A stretch of DNA of 64,000 nt from Candidatus Thalassarchaeum betae (GCA_003193925.1 PSPG01000008.1:64001-128000); one strand, 5' to 3'; shown: positions 19,393 through 30,025, numbered from the stretch's first letter. Notes: a model not told the origin generated them from the sequence alone. Program-made: numbers and translations.

Positions 19393-20310
19393 TCACTCTG
19401 ATTCGACCGTGCTCGCAGAGCCATACAGAGTCACGGTGACTATAGCCACCAGAACAAGGAAGACTCCGATGGCCTGGTTCTGCGAGTGGCCTTCCTGATG
19501 CAATATGAAATAACCCCAGATGAGCGTCAAAACAGGCTGCAGGAGGATGGCGAAGGAAGTGTGTGCTGCTGGTAGACGCGGTAGAGCGTGGGCGATGGCC
19601 AGCCAACCGGCTACCTGACAAAGCAGTGCGAGCAGGATGAGCCAGCCGTGACCGGGCCAGATCGGCTGCAATTCTAGCGGTTCTATGGCCACGCTACTAA
19701 GTGGGAGCAAGCCGAGTACGAGCAGCCCGAGGGCGGCGCCTACCGTGGCGTCCAATTGCACAGAAGATGATGGTGCCAGTTCCCTGTTCGAGTATCGGAA
19801 CAGGATGAGGAATGAGGAGTAGAAGAACGCAGCCATCATCCCGAATACGACGCCTTTGACGGGGTCTTCGCCGTATGGCTCTGGATCGGCGAAGCCCGAA
19901 ATCAGCGCCAATCCGATGATGACTACGGGAAGAGACAGCAGAATGGCCGGATTCGGCTTCTCTCCGAACAGCTTCCAAGATGCCAGGGTCACTATGATGA
20001 CCTGTGAGTTGCCAATCAGCGTGGCGATGCCGATGCCGATGAAAATCATCGAACTATGATACGAAAGCATATCGGGTGCGAGTATCAGTCCAGCGCCGAA
20101 GGCTGTCCATCGTGTGCGTGAGGAGCGCGTGTCGGCCTTGCGGACGAGATAAGCTAGCAATGCAAGCGCTGGGAGCGCGTACAGCATCCGGAAGAACGCC
20201 CCGGTAGATGGATTGGTGTCCGAGTAGACGTAGAACACGGGGGAGAACGAGATAGCCACAGCGCCAGCCAGCGCTATCAGCATGGTTCGACGGTCCGAGT
20301 CGGCCGACAT
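19393..20310 (-). CDS. EamA/DMT family transporter
   Basis: ~10 TM helices; 'GIATLIGNSQ', 'LFGEKP', 'LLQPV'. Confidence 0.92.
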   Translation of the reverse strand: MSADSDRRTMLIALAGAVAISFSPVFYVYSDTNPSTGAFFRMLYALPALALLAYLVRKADTRSSRTRWTAFGAGLILAPDMLSYHSSMIFIGIGIATLIGNSQVIIVTLASWKLFGEKPNPAILLSLPVVIIGLALISGFADPEPYGEDPVKGVVFGMMAAFFYSSFLILFRYSNRELAPSSSVQLDATVGAALGLLVLGLLPLSSVAIEPLELQPIWPGHGWLILLALLCQVAGWLAIAHALPRLPAAHTSFAILLQPVLTLIWGYFILHQEGHSQNQAIGVFLVLVAIVTVTLYGSASTVESE

Positions 20311-20320
20311 AGCCGGCCAC

Positions 20321-20650
20321 CTACTCTGATTCGCCGTCCACGAGCATCTGCTGGAGCTCGCCGCTCTCGTACATCTCCAGAGCTATGTCAGAGCCTCCGA
20401 TGAGCTCGCCGTGAACGAATATCTGGGGCATTGTGGGGAAGTCCGACCACGCGCAAACCGAGGGGATTGCTCGGTGGTCGGAGAGTATGTCGACGGTGAC
20501 GAACGGCTGTCCGAGCTGCTGCAGCACCTTCGAGGCGCGGTTGGAGAACCCGCACTGCGGCTCCTCCGGCGTCCCCTTCATGAAGAGTACCAGCCTGTTG
20601 TTGTCGACTATCTCTTGCAACTCCTCCGGGGACCAGTTGAATTCTGCCAC
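20321..20650 (-). CDS. grxD: Monothiol glutaredoxin (Grx4/GrxD)
   Basis: 'LFMKGTPEEPQCGFS', 'SDFPTMPQIFVHGELIGGSDI'. Confidence 0.93.
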   Translation of the reverse strand: MAEFNWSPEELQEIVDNNRLVLFMKGTPEEPQCGFSNRASKVLQQLGQPFVTVDILSDHRAIPSVCAWSDFPTMPQIFVHGELIGGSDIALEMYESGELQQMLVDGESE

Positions 20651-20654
20651 ATCA

Positions 20655-20978
20655 TCACCCCTTGTCCGGCCTGCGGATGTGCACCCCAAAGAACTCCACT
20701 TCTTCACCATGAGGGTCGAAAGCGGTGTCCCCGCTCTCTCCAGCCTGCTCCGGGGTCATGCACTTCAGATCCAGCGCATGCACGATGTTCTGCGCGATGT
20801 GGGGCTTGAAGTGGTTCAGGATCGGTCGCTGCCTCTGCAGCGGCCGCACACCCTGGTAACTCTCCGAAATCACCCTGACATGGAAGTGGTCGCCACTGCC
20901 ATGTAGGTCGGATGCCTCGACCTCGGCGTCGGGAACGACCTTTCGGACCTCCTCGACCATCCACTGCTCTGTGACCAT
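20655..20978 (-). CDS. BolA/IbaG family protein
   Basis: 'GDHFHVRVISESYQG..PLQRQR', 'VHALDLK'; adjacent to GrxD. Confidence 0.92.
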   Translation of the reverse strand: MVTEQWMVEEVRKVVPDAEVEASDLHGSGDHFHVRVISESYQGVRPLQRQRPILNHFKPHIAQNIVHALDLKCMTPEQAGESGDTAFDPHGEEVEFFGVHIRRPDKG

Positions 20979-21020
20979 CGAGACTCCCCTCGGGGCTGAG
21001 TGCTTTGAATGCTCTCGGCG

Positions 21021-21731
21021 CTACTCGTCGAGAGCGGCGGTGATGGCAGCGAGGTTCTCGGCTATCGTGCCGCGGTCGTTGATGAGTCCTGATCCCACGA
21101 CCGCGATGTCAATTCCCCACTCTGCAATCATTGCGGCGTTGTGGTCCTTCACGCCACCATCTATCATCAGCTTGGTAGCGCGCCCGCCGGCTGCAGACTG
21201 AGCATCGATGGCTGCGCGGAAGGCGCGCACCTTGTCCTCGACCTCAGGCATGAACTGCTGTCCGCCCTTGCCCGGGACAATAGACATCACCAGAACGAGG
21301 TCCAAGTCCTGTAGGAAGGGGAAGACATCCTCGGCTGGAGTGTCGGGGTTCAGCACGCAGCCGGCCTGCACTCCGGCGTCGTGCAGATTCTCGATTAGCG
21401 CGGGAAAGTCTCCTACGGCCTCAATGTGGGCGATTACCATGTCCACACCGGCGTCGACGTACTGGTCCCAGGTCTCCTCAGCGTTTGTGATCATCAGATG
21501 GCAGTCGATGGTGACCTCGGAGCCGAGTCGGTCGCGTACAGAGCGTATCAGAGCGGGGCCGAACGTGATTGTCCGGTTGACGACCCAGTTGCCGTCCATG
21601 ACGTCCATATGGATCCAGTCTATGCCCGCGGCAATCGCTTCCTCCAGCGTCTCGCCGAGCCTCGAGAAGTCGGCTGTGAGGATGCTCGGCGTGACTTCCA
21701 CGGGCCGTCGGGGGTGGCTTTCGGTTCTCAA
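21021..21731 (-). CDS. rpe: Ribulose-phosphate 3-epimerase
   Basis: 'PSILTADF', 'HMDVMDG', 'DCHLM', 'MSIVPGKGGQ', 'IDGG'. Confidence 0.95.
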   Translation of the reverse strand: MRTESHPRRPVEVTPSILTADFSRLGETLEEAIAAGIDWIHMDVMDGNWVVNRTITFGPALIRSVRDRLGSEVTIDCHLMITNAEETWDQYVDAGVDMVIAHIEAVGDFPALIENLHDAGVQAGCVLNPDTPAEDVFPFLQDLDLVLVMSIVPGKGGQQFMPEVEDKVRAFRAAIDAQSAAGGRATKLMIDGGVKDHNAAMIAEWGIDIAVVGSGLINDRGTIAENLAAITAALDE

Positions 21732-21810
21732 TCCCTCGGCAGGGGATTGTGCCTGCTAGAGACACAAATTGATAGGATGCGGATGCGGCGACGGTCCCAC
21801 AGGTGAGCGA

Positions 21811-22128
21811 ATGGGGAAAGTTGTCGAGGCGAGTGACGCTGATTTCGACATGGTGACTAACAGTGACGAGTGGGTCCTAGTGGACTTCTGGGCGCCTTGG
21901 TGCGGTCCGTGCAAGATGATTGCGCCGGTGCTTGAGCAGATCGCCGGAGAACGTGAAATCACCATAGCCAAGGTCAACACCGATGTCAATCAGCTCTCAC
22001 CCGGGAAATACGGCGTCCGAGGTATACCGAACCTCATTCTGTTCCGCAACGGCCAACTCGTCGATCGGATGACCGGGGCCATGCCGAAGCTCGGGATGGA
22101 CGACTGGCTCGACCGGCACATGGCCTAG
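21811..22128 (+). CDS. trxA: Thioredoxin
   Basis: 'VDFWAPWCGPCK'. Confidence 0.95.
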   Translation: MGKVVEASDADFDMVTNSDEWVLVDFWAPWCGPCKMIAPVLEQIAGEREITIAKVNTDVNQLSPGKYGVRGIPNLILFRNGQLVDRMTGAMPKLGMDDWLDRHMA

Positions 22129-23669
22129 TCGACTGCCTCGCGCAGCCTCCGTGCTCGCTCCTCGTGCGGCGCGCCGACTTCCCTCAGCAGTCGGGCGCGC
22201 AGCGCCTCGTGCAGCCACATACCATCGCTGAGCTCCAGCATCAGGCCGCGTTCGAGCAGGTCTGCTGGCGGAGGGCCATCGGCGCCTGCAGCAGCCGCTA
22301 AGGTGGCCCATGGGACAGGGCGCTCTGCGACCGCGAGCAGGGCGAGCATCTCCCGTCGGTCGCCGGGCAGCACGTCGAGTATCTCCTCGTCGAGGAAGCG
22401 CAGCCAGTCCTCGTGCAGGGTCTGGCCGTACATCTCGAGCAGTTCGACGGCCAGCGGGTGCCCACCGGTGGCGCGATGGATTTCCTCTGCGGGCGCTTCG
22501 CTCGGCAAGTCGAGCGAAGCGAGCCACGCGGAGATCTCCTCGAGAGTCAGGCCCGAGAGGGAGAGTTCGGACACGCGTCCTCGCGTGTGCACATCGCGCC
22601 TGTCGTAGAAGGCGAGATTGGTGCGAGAAATCAGAAGCAGTCGCATCGGAGAAGCCTCAGCGATTTGTAGCAGCGCGCCGAACAGGTGCGCCCCGTCGGA
22701 GCCGATGTTGTGGACGTCGTCAAGTATCACCAGCAGTTCCTCCGAGGTGCCACCGCAGCGTCCATCCTCATCGAGCAGGTGAGCAATCAGGCGGCGACGA
22801 TACTGATCGAGGTCGAGTCGGGCGCCGGGCTTGAGAGGGAGGGCCTCAAGGATGCTGTATGGGTCCTCGGAGTCGTCATCAGGGCCGATGCCGAGCCTGT
22901 GCAGCAGGCTCGTGGCGATACCCAGCGGAGAGTCCCATGGCTGGCACGGGTAGTACATCACGTCAAGCTCTGGCTTGTCTCCAAGCAGCCCCTCGAGCCA
23001 GAAGGAGGCCAACGTGGTCTTACCGCACCCAGCGATGCCGGACAGCACGAACATGGGCGTGGCCGAGGAGTGCCAGTCGTCCAGCCTCAGCTTCTCTGCA
23101 GACCTGCCGTGAACAGTGCGCGTCTCGGGCAGGCGCGTGTGGTAGGTGGAGTGGGCGCCCGCCAGCAGGGAGAGAGATCCAGGGGAGGGTGCGTCGTCGG
23201 GCTTGACGATGGCCCCGAAGCGGATGTCGCCGAAGTTCAGCACGCCCTCGTGCTGAGCGTGCATCAGGACCTGTAGCAGCGTCAATCCGGTCTGCAGCCG
23301 CGCTGCGGCCTCGTCGGCACGAACCTCCAGCAACTTGCCGTCGTGGCTGCGCAGGAGGATCTGGGTTGAGCGGAGGTCCGCAATGCGCTCGCGCGCCTCC
23401 GCGCGCCCCTCCTCGGTGAGTTGCCACGTCTTCTGGCGGCGCTCGTCCCCCCGGACAGTGCGAGTGTGCTCGGTGACCCAGTCGTTGGACATCAGCTCGC
23501 GCATCGAGCGAGACACGTTGGGCGGGTGCAGAGCGCATATCTCCGCGATTCCGGGACGAGTCATCTCGTAGGTCACGAGGTAGTGGTCCGCTTGGTGGTC
23601 CTGCTCCCACAGATGCAGCAGAATGCGGTCCGAGACGGGTACGGAGACCCGAGCGTCATTGCGCACCAT
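22125..23669 (-). CDS. Winged-HTH plus P-loop NTPase (STAND/MalT-like) putative regulator
   Basis: N-terminal wHTH ('TRPGIAE...NVSRSMREL...WQLTEEG'); 'GR..E', Walker A 'GIAGCGKT', Walker B 'ILDDVH', 'TGGHPLA'. Confidence 0.8.
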   Translation of the reverse strand: MVRNDARVSVPVSDRILLHLWEQDHQADHYLVTYEMTRPGIAEICALHPPNVSRSMRELMSNDWVTEHTRTVRGDERRQKTWQLTEEGRAEARERIADLRSTQILLRSHDGKLLEVRADEAAARLQTGLTLLQVLMHAQHEGVLNFGDIRFGAIVKPDDAPSPGSLSLLAGAHSTYHTRLPETRTVHGRSAEKLRLDDWHSSATPMFVLSGIAGCGKTTLASFWLEGLLGDKPELDVMYYPCQPWDSPLGIATSLLHRLGIGPDDDSEDPYSILEALPLKPGARLDLDQYRRRLIAHLLDEDGRCGGTSEELLVILDDVHNIGSDGAHLFGALLQIAEASPMRLLLISRTNLAFYDRRDVHTRGRVSELSLSGLTLEEISAWLASLDLPSEAPAEEIHRATGGHPLAVELLEMYGQTLHEDWLRFLDEEILDVLPGDRREMLALLAVAERPVPWATLAAAAGADGPPPADLLERGLMLELSDGMWLHEALRARLLREVGAPHEERARRLREAVD

Positions 23670-23749
23670 GGGCCGGTGCGACCGCCCCGGCGCGCATCAA
23701 GCGTTCGTAGGGCTGCGCGCCCGGTTGAGATGGCTTTGGTCATATTCAA

Positions 23750-24655
23750 GTGAAAACGGCCTCAGCGCCCCACGTGGACGAATCCACACGAGCGAGGCTG
23801 CTCGAGCTGCAGCGCATGGAGGCGACCGAGGCGGAGGTGTACCGACGCCTCGCCAAGATGCAGCCCGACCCCGTCAACCAGTCAATACTCAACGGCATAG
23901 CGCTCGAGGAGGAGAGGCACGAGGCGGTCATCGCCAAGATGACCGGTGAGGAGGTCAAGGCGGACGGACTGCGGGTGATGAAGCAGGTCGTTCTGGCTAA
24001 GCTGTTCGGATTCACCTTCTCTGTCAAGTTGATGGAGGGGACCGAGCACGATGCTGCTGCCGAGTACCGCGAACTGGGCCTCTACGACATCGCGGAGGAG
24101 GAGGAGGCTCACGAGCAGAATATGATCGACATGCTAGATGAGGAGCGTCTGCGCTACTCGGGAAGCGTGGTGCTGGGGATGTCAGACGCGCTGATCGAGC
24201 TGACGGGGGCCCTCGCCGGCCTCACCTTCGCCTTGCAGAGCCTGCAGCTGGTCGCGCTCGCGGGGCTGGTCACTGGTATCGCTGCCGCGTTCAGCATGGG
24301 GGCTTCGGAGTACCTGTCGTCTCGCGCGGAGAAGAAGGCGGAGTCTGCGATCAAGGCCGCGTTCTTCACCTGGCTGTCATATCTCGTGACCGTGTTCCTT
24401 CTGGTCGGCCCGTATTTGGTCTTCCAAGTCGACAGTCCTGACTTCCATGGCTTAGAACCTCACGTTCAGGCTCTTATGTGCACCTTCGCGATAGGGCTCC
24501 TGATAGTCGCTGTGTTCAACATCTACGTGTCCGTGGTCGAGGAGGTCTCGTTCAGGAGCCGCTTCCTCGAGATGACTGGCATCCTCGGTGTGGTCAGTCT
24601 GATATCGTACGGCATCGGAATAGCCCTCAGAGGCATGCTCGGAATCGAAATCTGA
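23750..24655 (+). CDS. Ferritin-like (rubrerythrin) plus VIT1/CCC1 iron/manganese transporter
   Basis: ExxH motifs 'EEERH','EEAH'; 'VLGMSDALIELTG', 'SMGASEYLS'. Confidence 0.9.
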   Translation: MKTASAPHVDESTRARLLELQRMEATEAEVYRRLAKMQPDPVNQSILNGIALEEERHEAVIAKMTGEEVKADGLRVMKQVVLAKLFGFTFSVKLMEGTEHDAAAEYRELGLYDIAEEEEAHEQNMIDMLDEERLRYSGSVVLGMSDALIELTGALAGLTFALQSLQLVALAGLVTGIAAAFSMGASEYLSSRAEKKAESAIKAAFFTWLSYLVTVFLLVGPYLVFQVDSPDFHGLEPHVQALMCTFAIGLLIVAVFNIYVSVVEEVSFRSRFLEMTGILGVVSLISYGIGIALRGMLGIEI

Positions 24656-24706
24656 GTAGGAATCAGCCTCCGCAACCTATGTGTCTGAGACCGCTCTCGC
24701 GAACCC

Positions 24707-26209
24707 ATGAGTGCTTACGACGAGTTGCTGGAGCGACTGAAGGACATCGATATGATCGGCCAGATTGGCGGCCTCTTGGGCTGGGACCAAGAGGTCCTGA
24801 TGCCGCCCAAGGCCGCCGCACTGCGCGCCGAGCAGCTGGCTTGGGCCTCCAAGGCAGGTCACATGCGACTGACCGACCCCCGAATCGGGGAGCTGCTCGA
24901 GGAGCTCGAGGCTAGCGAGGAGCTGGACGATGTCCAAGCGGCCAACATCAGGCTCGCTCGCGAGTCGTATGACAAGGCCACCAAGCTGCCGACCGAGTTC
25001 GTCGCCGAGATGGCCAAGCACCGCTCCGAGTCACTGGTATCATGGACCGAGGCTCGGGCGAAGGACGACTTCTCAATCTTCCGCGATAATCTCGCCAAGT
25101 CAATCGACCTCGCCCGCCAGAAAGCGGACTACCTAGGCTTTGACGAGTTGCGCTACGACGCGCTGCTAGATATCTACGAGACTGGGCTGACCGTGGCTAG
25201 GCTCGACCCGCTGTTCGCAGGATTGCGAGACAGCGTCGCGCCCCTGATCAAAGCCGTAGTAGAGAGCGAAAACCGCCCCGACATGTCGTGGGTAGAGGGG
25301 AACTCCTGGGCTCAGTCCGGACAGGAGGCGCTCAGTCAAGGGGTGACCGAGGCCATCGGATTCGACTTCGACGCCGGCCGCCGGGACGTCTCGACCCACC
25401 CGTTCTGCGGCGGGACGAACCCGGACGACGTGCGCTGGACGACTCGCTACAGCGAGTCCGACCCGTTCGGCTCACTGTACGGCTCGATGCACGAGACAGG
25501 TCACGGGACCTATGAGCAGGGGCGCCGGCGCGACCTTGACTTCCAGCCCGCCGGCGAGGCCAATGGATTGGGCGTCCATGAGAGCCAGAGCAGGATGTGG
25601 GAGAACCAAGTGGGTCGCTCAAGGGAGTTCTGCGAGTGGGTCCTGCCGCTGTGGCAGCAGCACTTCCCCGAGAACATGGAGGGTGTCAGCGCCAAGGCGC
25701 TGTGGCAGGCCGTCAACCTCGTCGAGCCGAGCCTGATACGGGTCGAGGCCGACGAGGCCACCTACAACCTCCACATCATGATCCGCTACGAGATCGAGAA
25801 GAGGCTAATCGCCGGTGACCTCGAGGTCGACGACCTGCCGGACGCCTGGGACGACATGTACGAGAAGTTCCTCGGTATCCGCGCACCCAACCGCGCCCTC
25901 GGCGTGCTGCAGGACATCCACTGGTCCATGGGGGCCTTCGGCTACTTCCCCACCTACACTCTGGGCAATTTGTACGCCGCGCAACTGCTGGCCGCCGCGC
26001 GCGAGGACCTGCCCGAGCACGACGAGCAGATCAGGCGCGGTGAGTTCGCACCACTGCTCGCTTGGATGCGCGAGCACGTGCACCAACGCGGCAGCATACT
26101 CGAGCCAGCCGACCTCATCGAGGAGGCGACCGGCTCGCCGCCCTCCCCCGACGCTTTCGTCGAGTATCTGCAAGACAAAGTCGAGCGGCTCTATGGCGTC
26201 ACTGCCTGA
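24707..26209 (+). CDS. Carboxypeptidase M32 (Taq family)
   Basis: 'HPF', 'HETGH', 'HESQSR', 'IRVEADE', 'QDIHW', 'GYFPTY'. Confidence 0.96.
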   Translation: MSAYDELLERLKDIDMIGQIGGLLGWDQEVLMPPKAAALRAEQLAWASKAGHMRLTDPRIGELLEELEASEELDDVQAANIRLARESYDKATKLPTEFVAEMAKHRSESLVSWTEARAKDDFSIFRDNLAKSIDLARQKADYLGFDELRYDALLDIYETGLTVARLDPLFAGLRDSVAPLIKAVVESENRPDMSWVEGNSWAQSGQEALSQGVTEAIGFDFDAGRRDVSTHPFCGGTNPDDVRWTTRYSESDPFGSLYGSMHETGHGTYEQGRRRDLDFQPAGEANGLGVHESQSRMWENQVGRSREFCEWVLPLWQQHFPENMEGVSAKALWQAVNLVEPSLIRVEADEATYNLHIMIRYEIEKRLIAGDLEVDDLPDAWDDMYEKFLGIRAPNRALGVLQDIHWSMGAFGYFPTYTLGNLYAAQLLAAAREDLPEHDEQIRRGEFAPLLAWMREHVHQRGSILEPADLIEEATGSPPSPDAFVEYLQDKVERLYGVTA

Positions 26210-26259
26210 GCGACTTGCCTACGCGAAAGCCCGATAGCGGAGCATCGGGGTGTGGAGCC

Positions 26260-27348
26260 ATGGGCGGCCATACCTTGGAGGGGCTCGCATCGCTGGTGCG
26301 CAACCTCGGCAGCGCCTGCACCTTGCTGCGCATTGCCGACGACGACCTGCTGGCTGGCTCGCAAGAAGGAGAGCTGATATGCTGGTCAGTCGAATCCGGC
26401 ACCGAGCGCTGGAGGGTCGAGGTCGACGGGCCATTGTCCGACCTCGCCATCGACGGCGGTCGTGTCTACGCCTCGGCCTCAGCCAGCCTGCACGCGATTG
26501 ACCTGGATACTGGCGAGATTCTCTGGAGTCGGGGGCTCGAGGGGGCGAGCGACTACGTCCAAGCATGGGACGGCAGCGTCTGGGCTGTGTCCTCGGTCTA
26601 TGAGATCGAGGTTTCCGACTACACCGAGTCGACTGTCTGGAGATTCGACGGAATGGGGGAGCTGCAGGAGCGCTGGACTGTGCCTGAACGCGCTTGGCAC
26701 TTCGGACTGCACGAAGACGGGGGCGTCCTGCTCGGTCTCGGCAGACCCCGCTGCGGGTTCCTGAGAATCCGAAGCGGTGAGGAGCCTGAGCATCACCAGA
26801 TCGAGGGTGACAGCCCCGTCACAGTCGGAGCCTGCGGTTCGAGCGGTCGGTTCCTGATTGGCCACTCCGACGGAAGCGTCAGTACGATCGTCGGCTCCGA
26901 CGCGAAGACCGCAGGCGAGGGGTCGTCGCCGGTTCGTGCCATCACCGGCCACGGCGACGATTGGATCGCCGGTCAGGAATCGGGCCAAGTCGTCTCGAGC
27001 CGGGGTTGGACCACGACGGCGGCCGGCTCGGTGGACTCGCTCTCGATGGGGCCCTCGACATCCGAGGGCGAAGCCGTCTGGGTATCCTCGTGGAAAGGAG
27101 ACGGGGTGAGAATATCGGTCCTCGACCCAGACGGCGGCGGCTCCCTGCTGGAGTTCGACCACGGCCATAGGACAAGGCACATCCAAGCGAGCGCAGGTAA
27201 AGTCGTCCTAGGGGACTCCAGGGGGCGAATTCACCTGATCGAGGCAGGGGTCCTTACAAGGCGCGTGAAGGAATCGCCCGTGCCTGCCTCTGACGATGAG
27301 AATCGGGAGCGCCTGATGGAGCGTCTGAGGCAGCTTCGCGGCTCTTGA
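26260..27348 (+). CDS. PQQ-like/BamB beta-propeller protein
   Basis: Repeats such as 'ESGTERW', 'AIDLDTGEILW'. Confidence 0.7.
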   Translation: MGGHTLEGLASLVRNLGSACTLLRIADDDLLAGSQEGELICWSVESGTERWRVEVDGPLSDLAIDGGRVYASASASLHAIDLDTGEILWSRGLEGASDYVQAWDGSVWAVSSVYEIEVSDYTESTVWRFDGMGELQERWTVPERAWHFGLHEDGGVLLGLGRPRCGFLRIRSGEEPEHHQIEGDSPVTVGACGSSGRFLIGHSDGSVSTIVGSDAKTAGEGSSPVRAITGHGDDWIAGQESGQVVSSRGWTTTAAGSVDSLSMGPSTSEGEAVWVSSWKGDGVRISVLDPDGGGSLLEFDHGHRTRHIQASAGKVVLGDSRGRIHLIEAGVLTRRVKESPVPASDDENRERLMERLRQLRGS

Positions 27349-27404
27349 ATTCAATAGAAATTAACAGTTGGGTACCCCTGTTTCCGGTGGACTGCGGGTC
27401 TGTT

Positions 27405-27420
27405 TGAAAAGGTTTAAGTG
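27405..27420 (+). promoter_or_regulatory. Putative BRE-TATA promoter pointing into the repeat locus
   Basis: TGAAAAGGTTTAAGTG: purine-rich BRE followed by TTTAAG; no credible CDS downstream. Confidence 0.55.
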
Positions 27421-27439
27421 GGTACACCTGCCCTGTCAT

Positions 27440-28300
27440 CTTTGCCGCTTCTTTGGAGTGGTGTGGGGGCGCTTCGGCGCGACCCGCGGGCCACAGAACG
27501 AAGCCCCGAGAAAGGGGCGGCGGAACCCGGGATCTGGAAAGAGAACGGGGAAGAGTCGGAACGCCTGTAGGCGGGAAGACGGCGGGAGAGCCGAAGCGGA
27601 CGAGAGTGGAGAGAACCGGAGAGAACTGGACGAAAGGAAGGGGGAGGAAGGGGAAAGGAAGCTGGAGGAAGCGGAGGGGGAAGCTGAGGAAAACGTAACC
27701 GAACTGGAGAGAACTGGACGCAAGGAAGGGGAAGGAAGGGGAAAACACAACCGAGGCAGAGGAACCATCCCGAAGAGATACGCGCGGAAGGGGGAGGAGA
27801 CGAACCTGGAGGCGGCGTGGAGAACGAAGTGGAGAGACCGACGGGAACCGGACGCAAGGAAGGGGAAGAACGGGAAGGAAGCGGAGGAGGAACACGAGTG
27901 AACGAGGGCGGAGAGATCCGTGGAGGAAGCTGTATCGGACCGTGGAGAGAACCGGAGAGAACTGGACGCAAGGAAGGGGGAGGAAGGGGAAGGAAGCGGA
28001 GAACGCGAAGGGGGGGGAAACGCCCTTGGAGAGAGAAGATGAGCGAAGTGGAGAGAACCGGAGAGAACTGGACGCAAGGAAGGGGGAGGAAGGGGAAGGA
28101 AGCGGAGCGCGACGAAGTGGAGAGAACCGGAGAGAACTGGACGCAAGGAAGGGGGAGGAAGGGGAAGGAAGCGGAGGAGTCTACCCGGGGAAGCCCGGGC
28201 CTTAGGGCCCGGGGGACACCCGGACCCTGCGGAGTATGCAGGGGGGGAAGCTCCCCCATGTGCGGAACCCCCTGCTGCTCCCACCTGTACCGCCAAGTAC
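27440..28300 (+). ncRNA. Candidate long purine-rich ncRNA (hypothetical)
   Basis: Promoter-like element, C(UUCG)G hairpin 27469-27480, hairpin 27503-27518, repeat array, hairpin train 28184-28257. Confidence 0.35.
27606..28176 (+). repeat. Purine-rich interspaced 60-nt repeat array
   Basis: GTGGAGAGAACCGGAGAGAACTGGACGCAAGGAAGGGGGAGGAAGGGGAAGGAAGCGGAG exact at 27942, 28048 and 28117; variants at 27606, ~27701 (partial) and 27829. Confidence 0.95.
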
Positions 28301-28387
28301 GTCATCGGCCCACCTTGTCAGCGTTACAATCATTGCGGAGCGTTTCGCTCCGCTTGAGACGGTTTCGGAAGGCTGAGAAAATCACCG

Positions 28388-29989
<1,602 letters not shown>

Positions 29990-30007
29990 ATTTCGCAGCG
30001 CGTTAAT

Positions 30008-30025
30008 TGGTTATTAATAAAGTCA
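30008..30025 (-). promoter_or_regulatory. TATA box of fumC (palindromic TTATTAATAA), probably a leaderless transcript
   Basis: TTATTAATAA at 30011-30020, 22-31 nt upstream of ATG 29989. Confidence 0.65.

Noticed and set aside
27380-27395. ORB-like TTCCGGTGGA suggesting a replication origin
   Set aside because: Single imperfect match, no cdc6/orc1 in the window, only a short AT-rich patch
27606-28176. CRISPR array
   Set aside because: Repeat is 60 nt and non-palindromic; spacers are very unequal (9 to >55 nt) and share the purine bias; no cas genes in the window
27440-28300. RNase P RNA or SRP RNA
   Set aside because: I could not find the conserved P4 (GAGGAAAGUCC) or SRP helix-8 motifs by eye; needs an Infernal check
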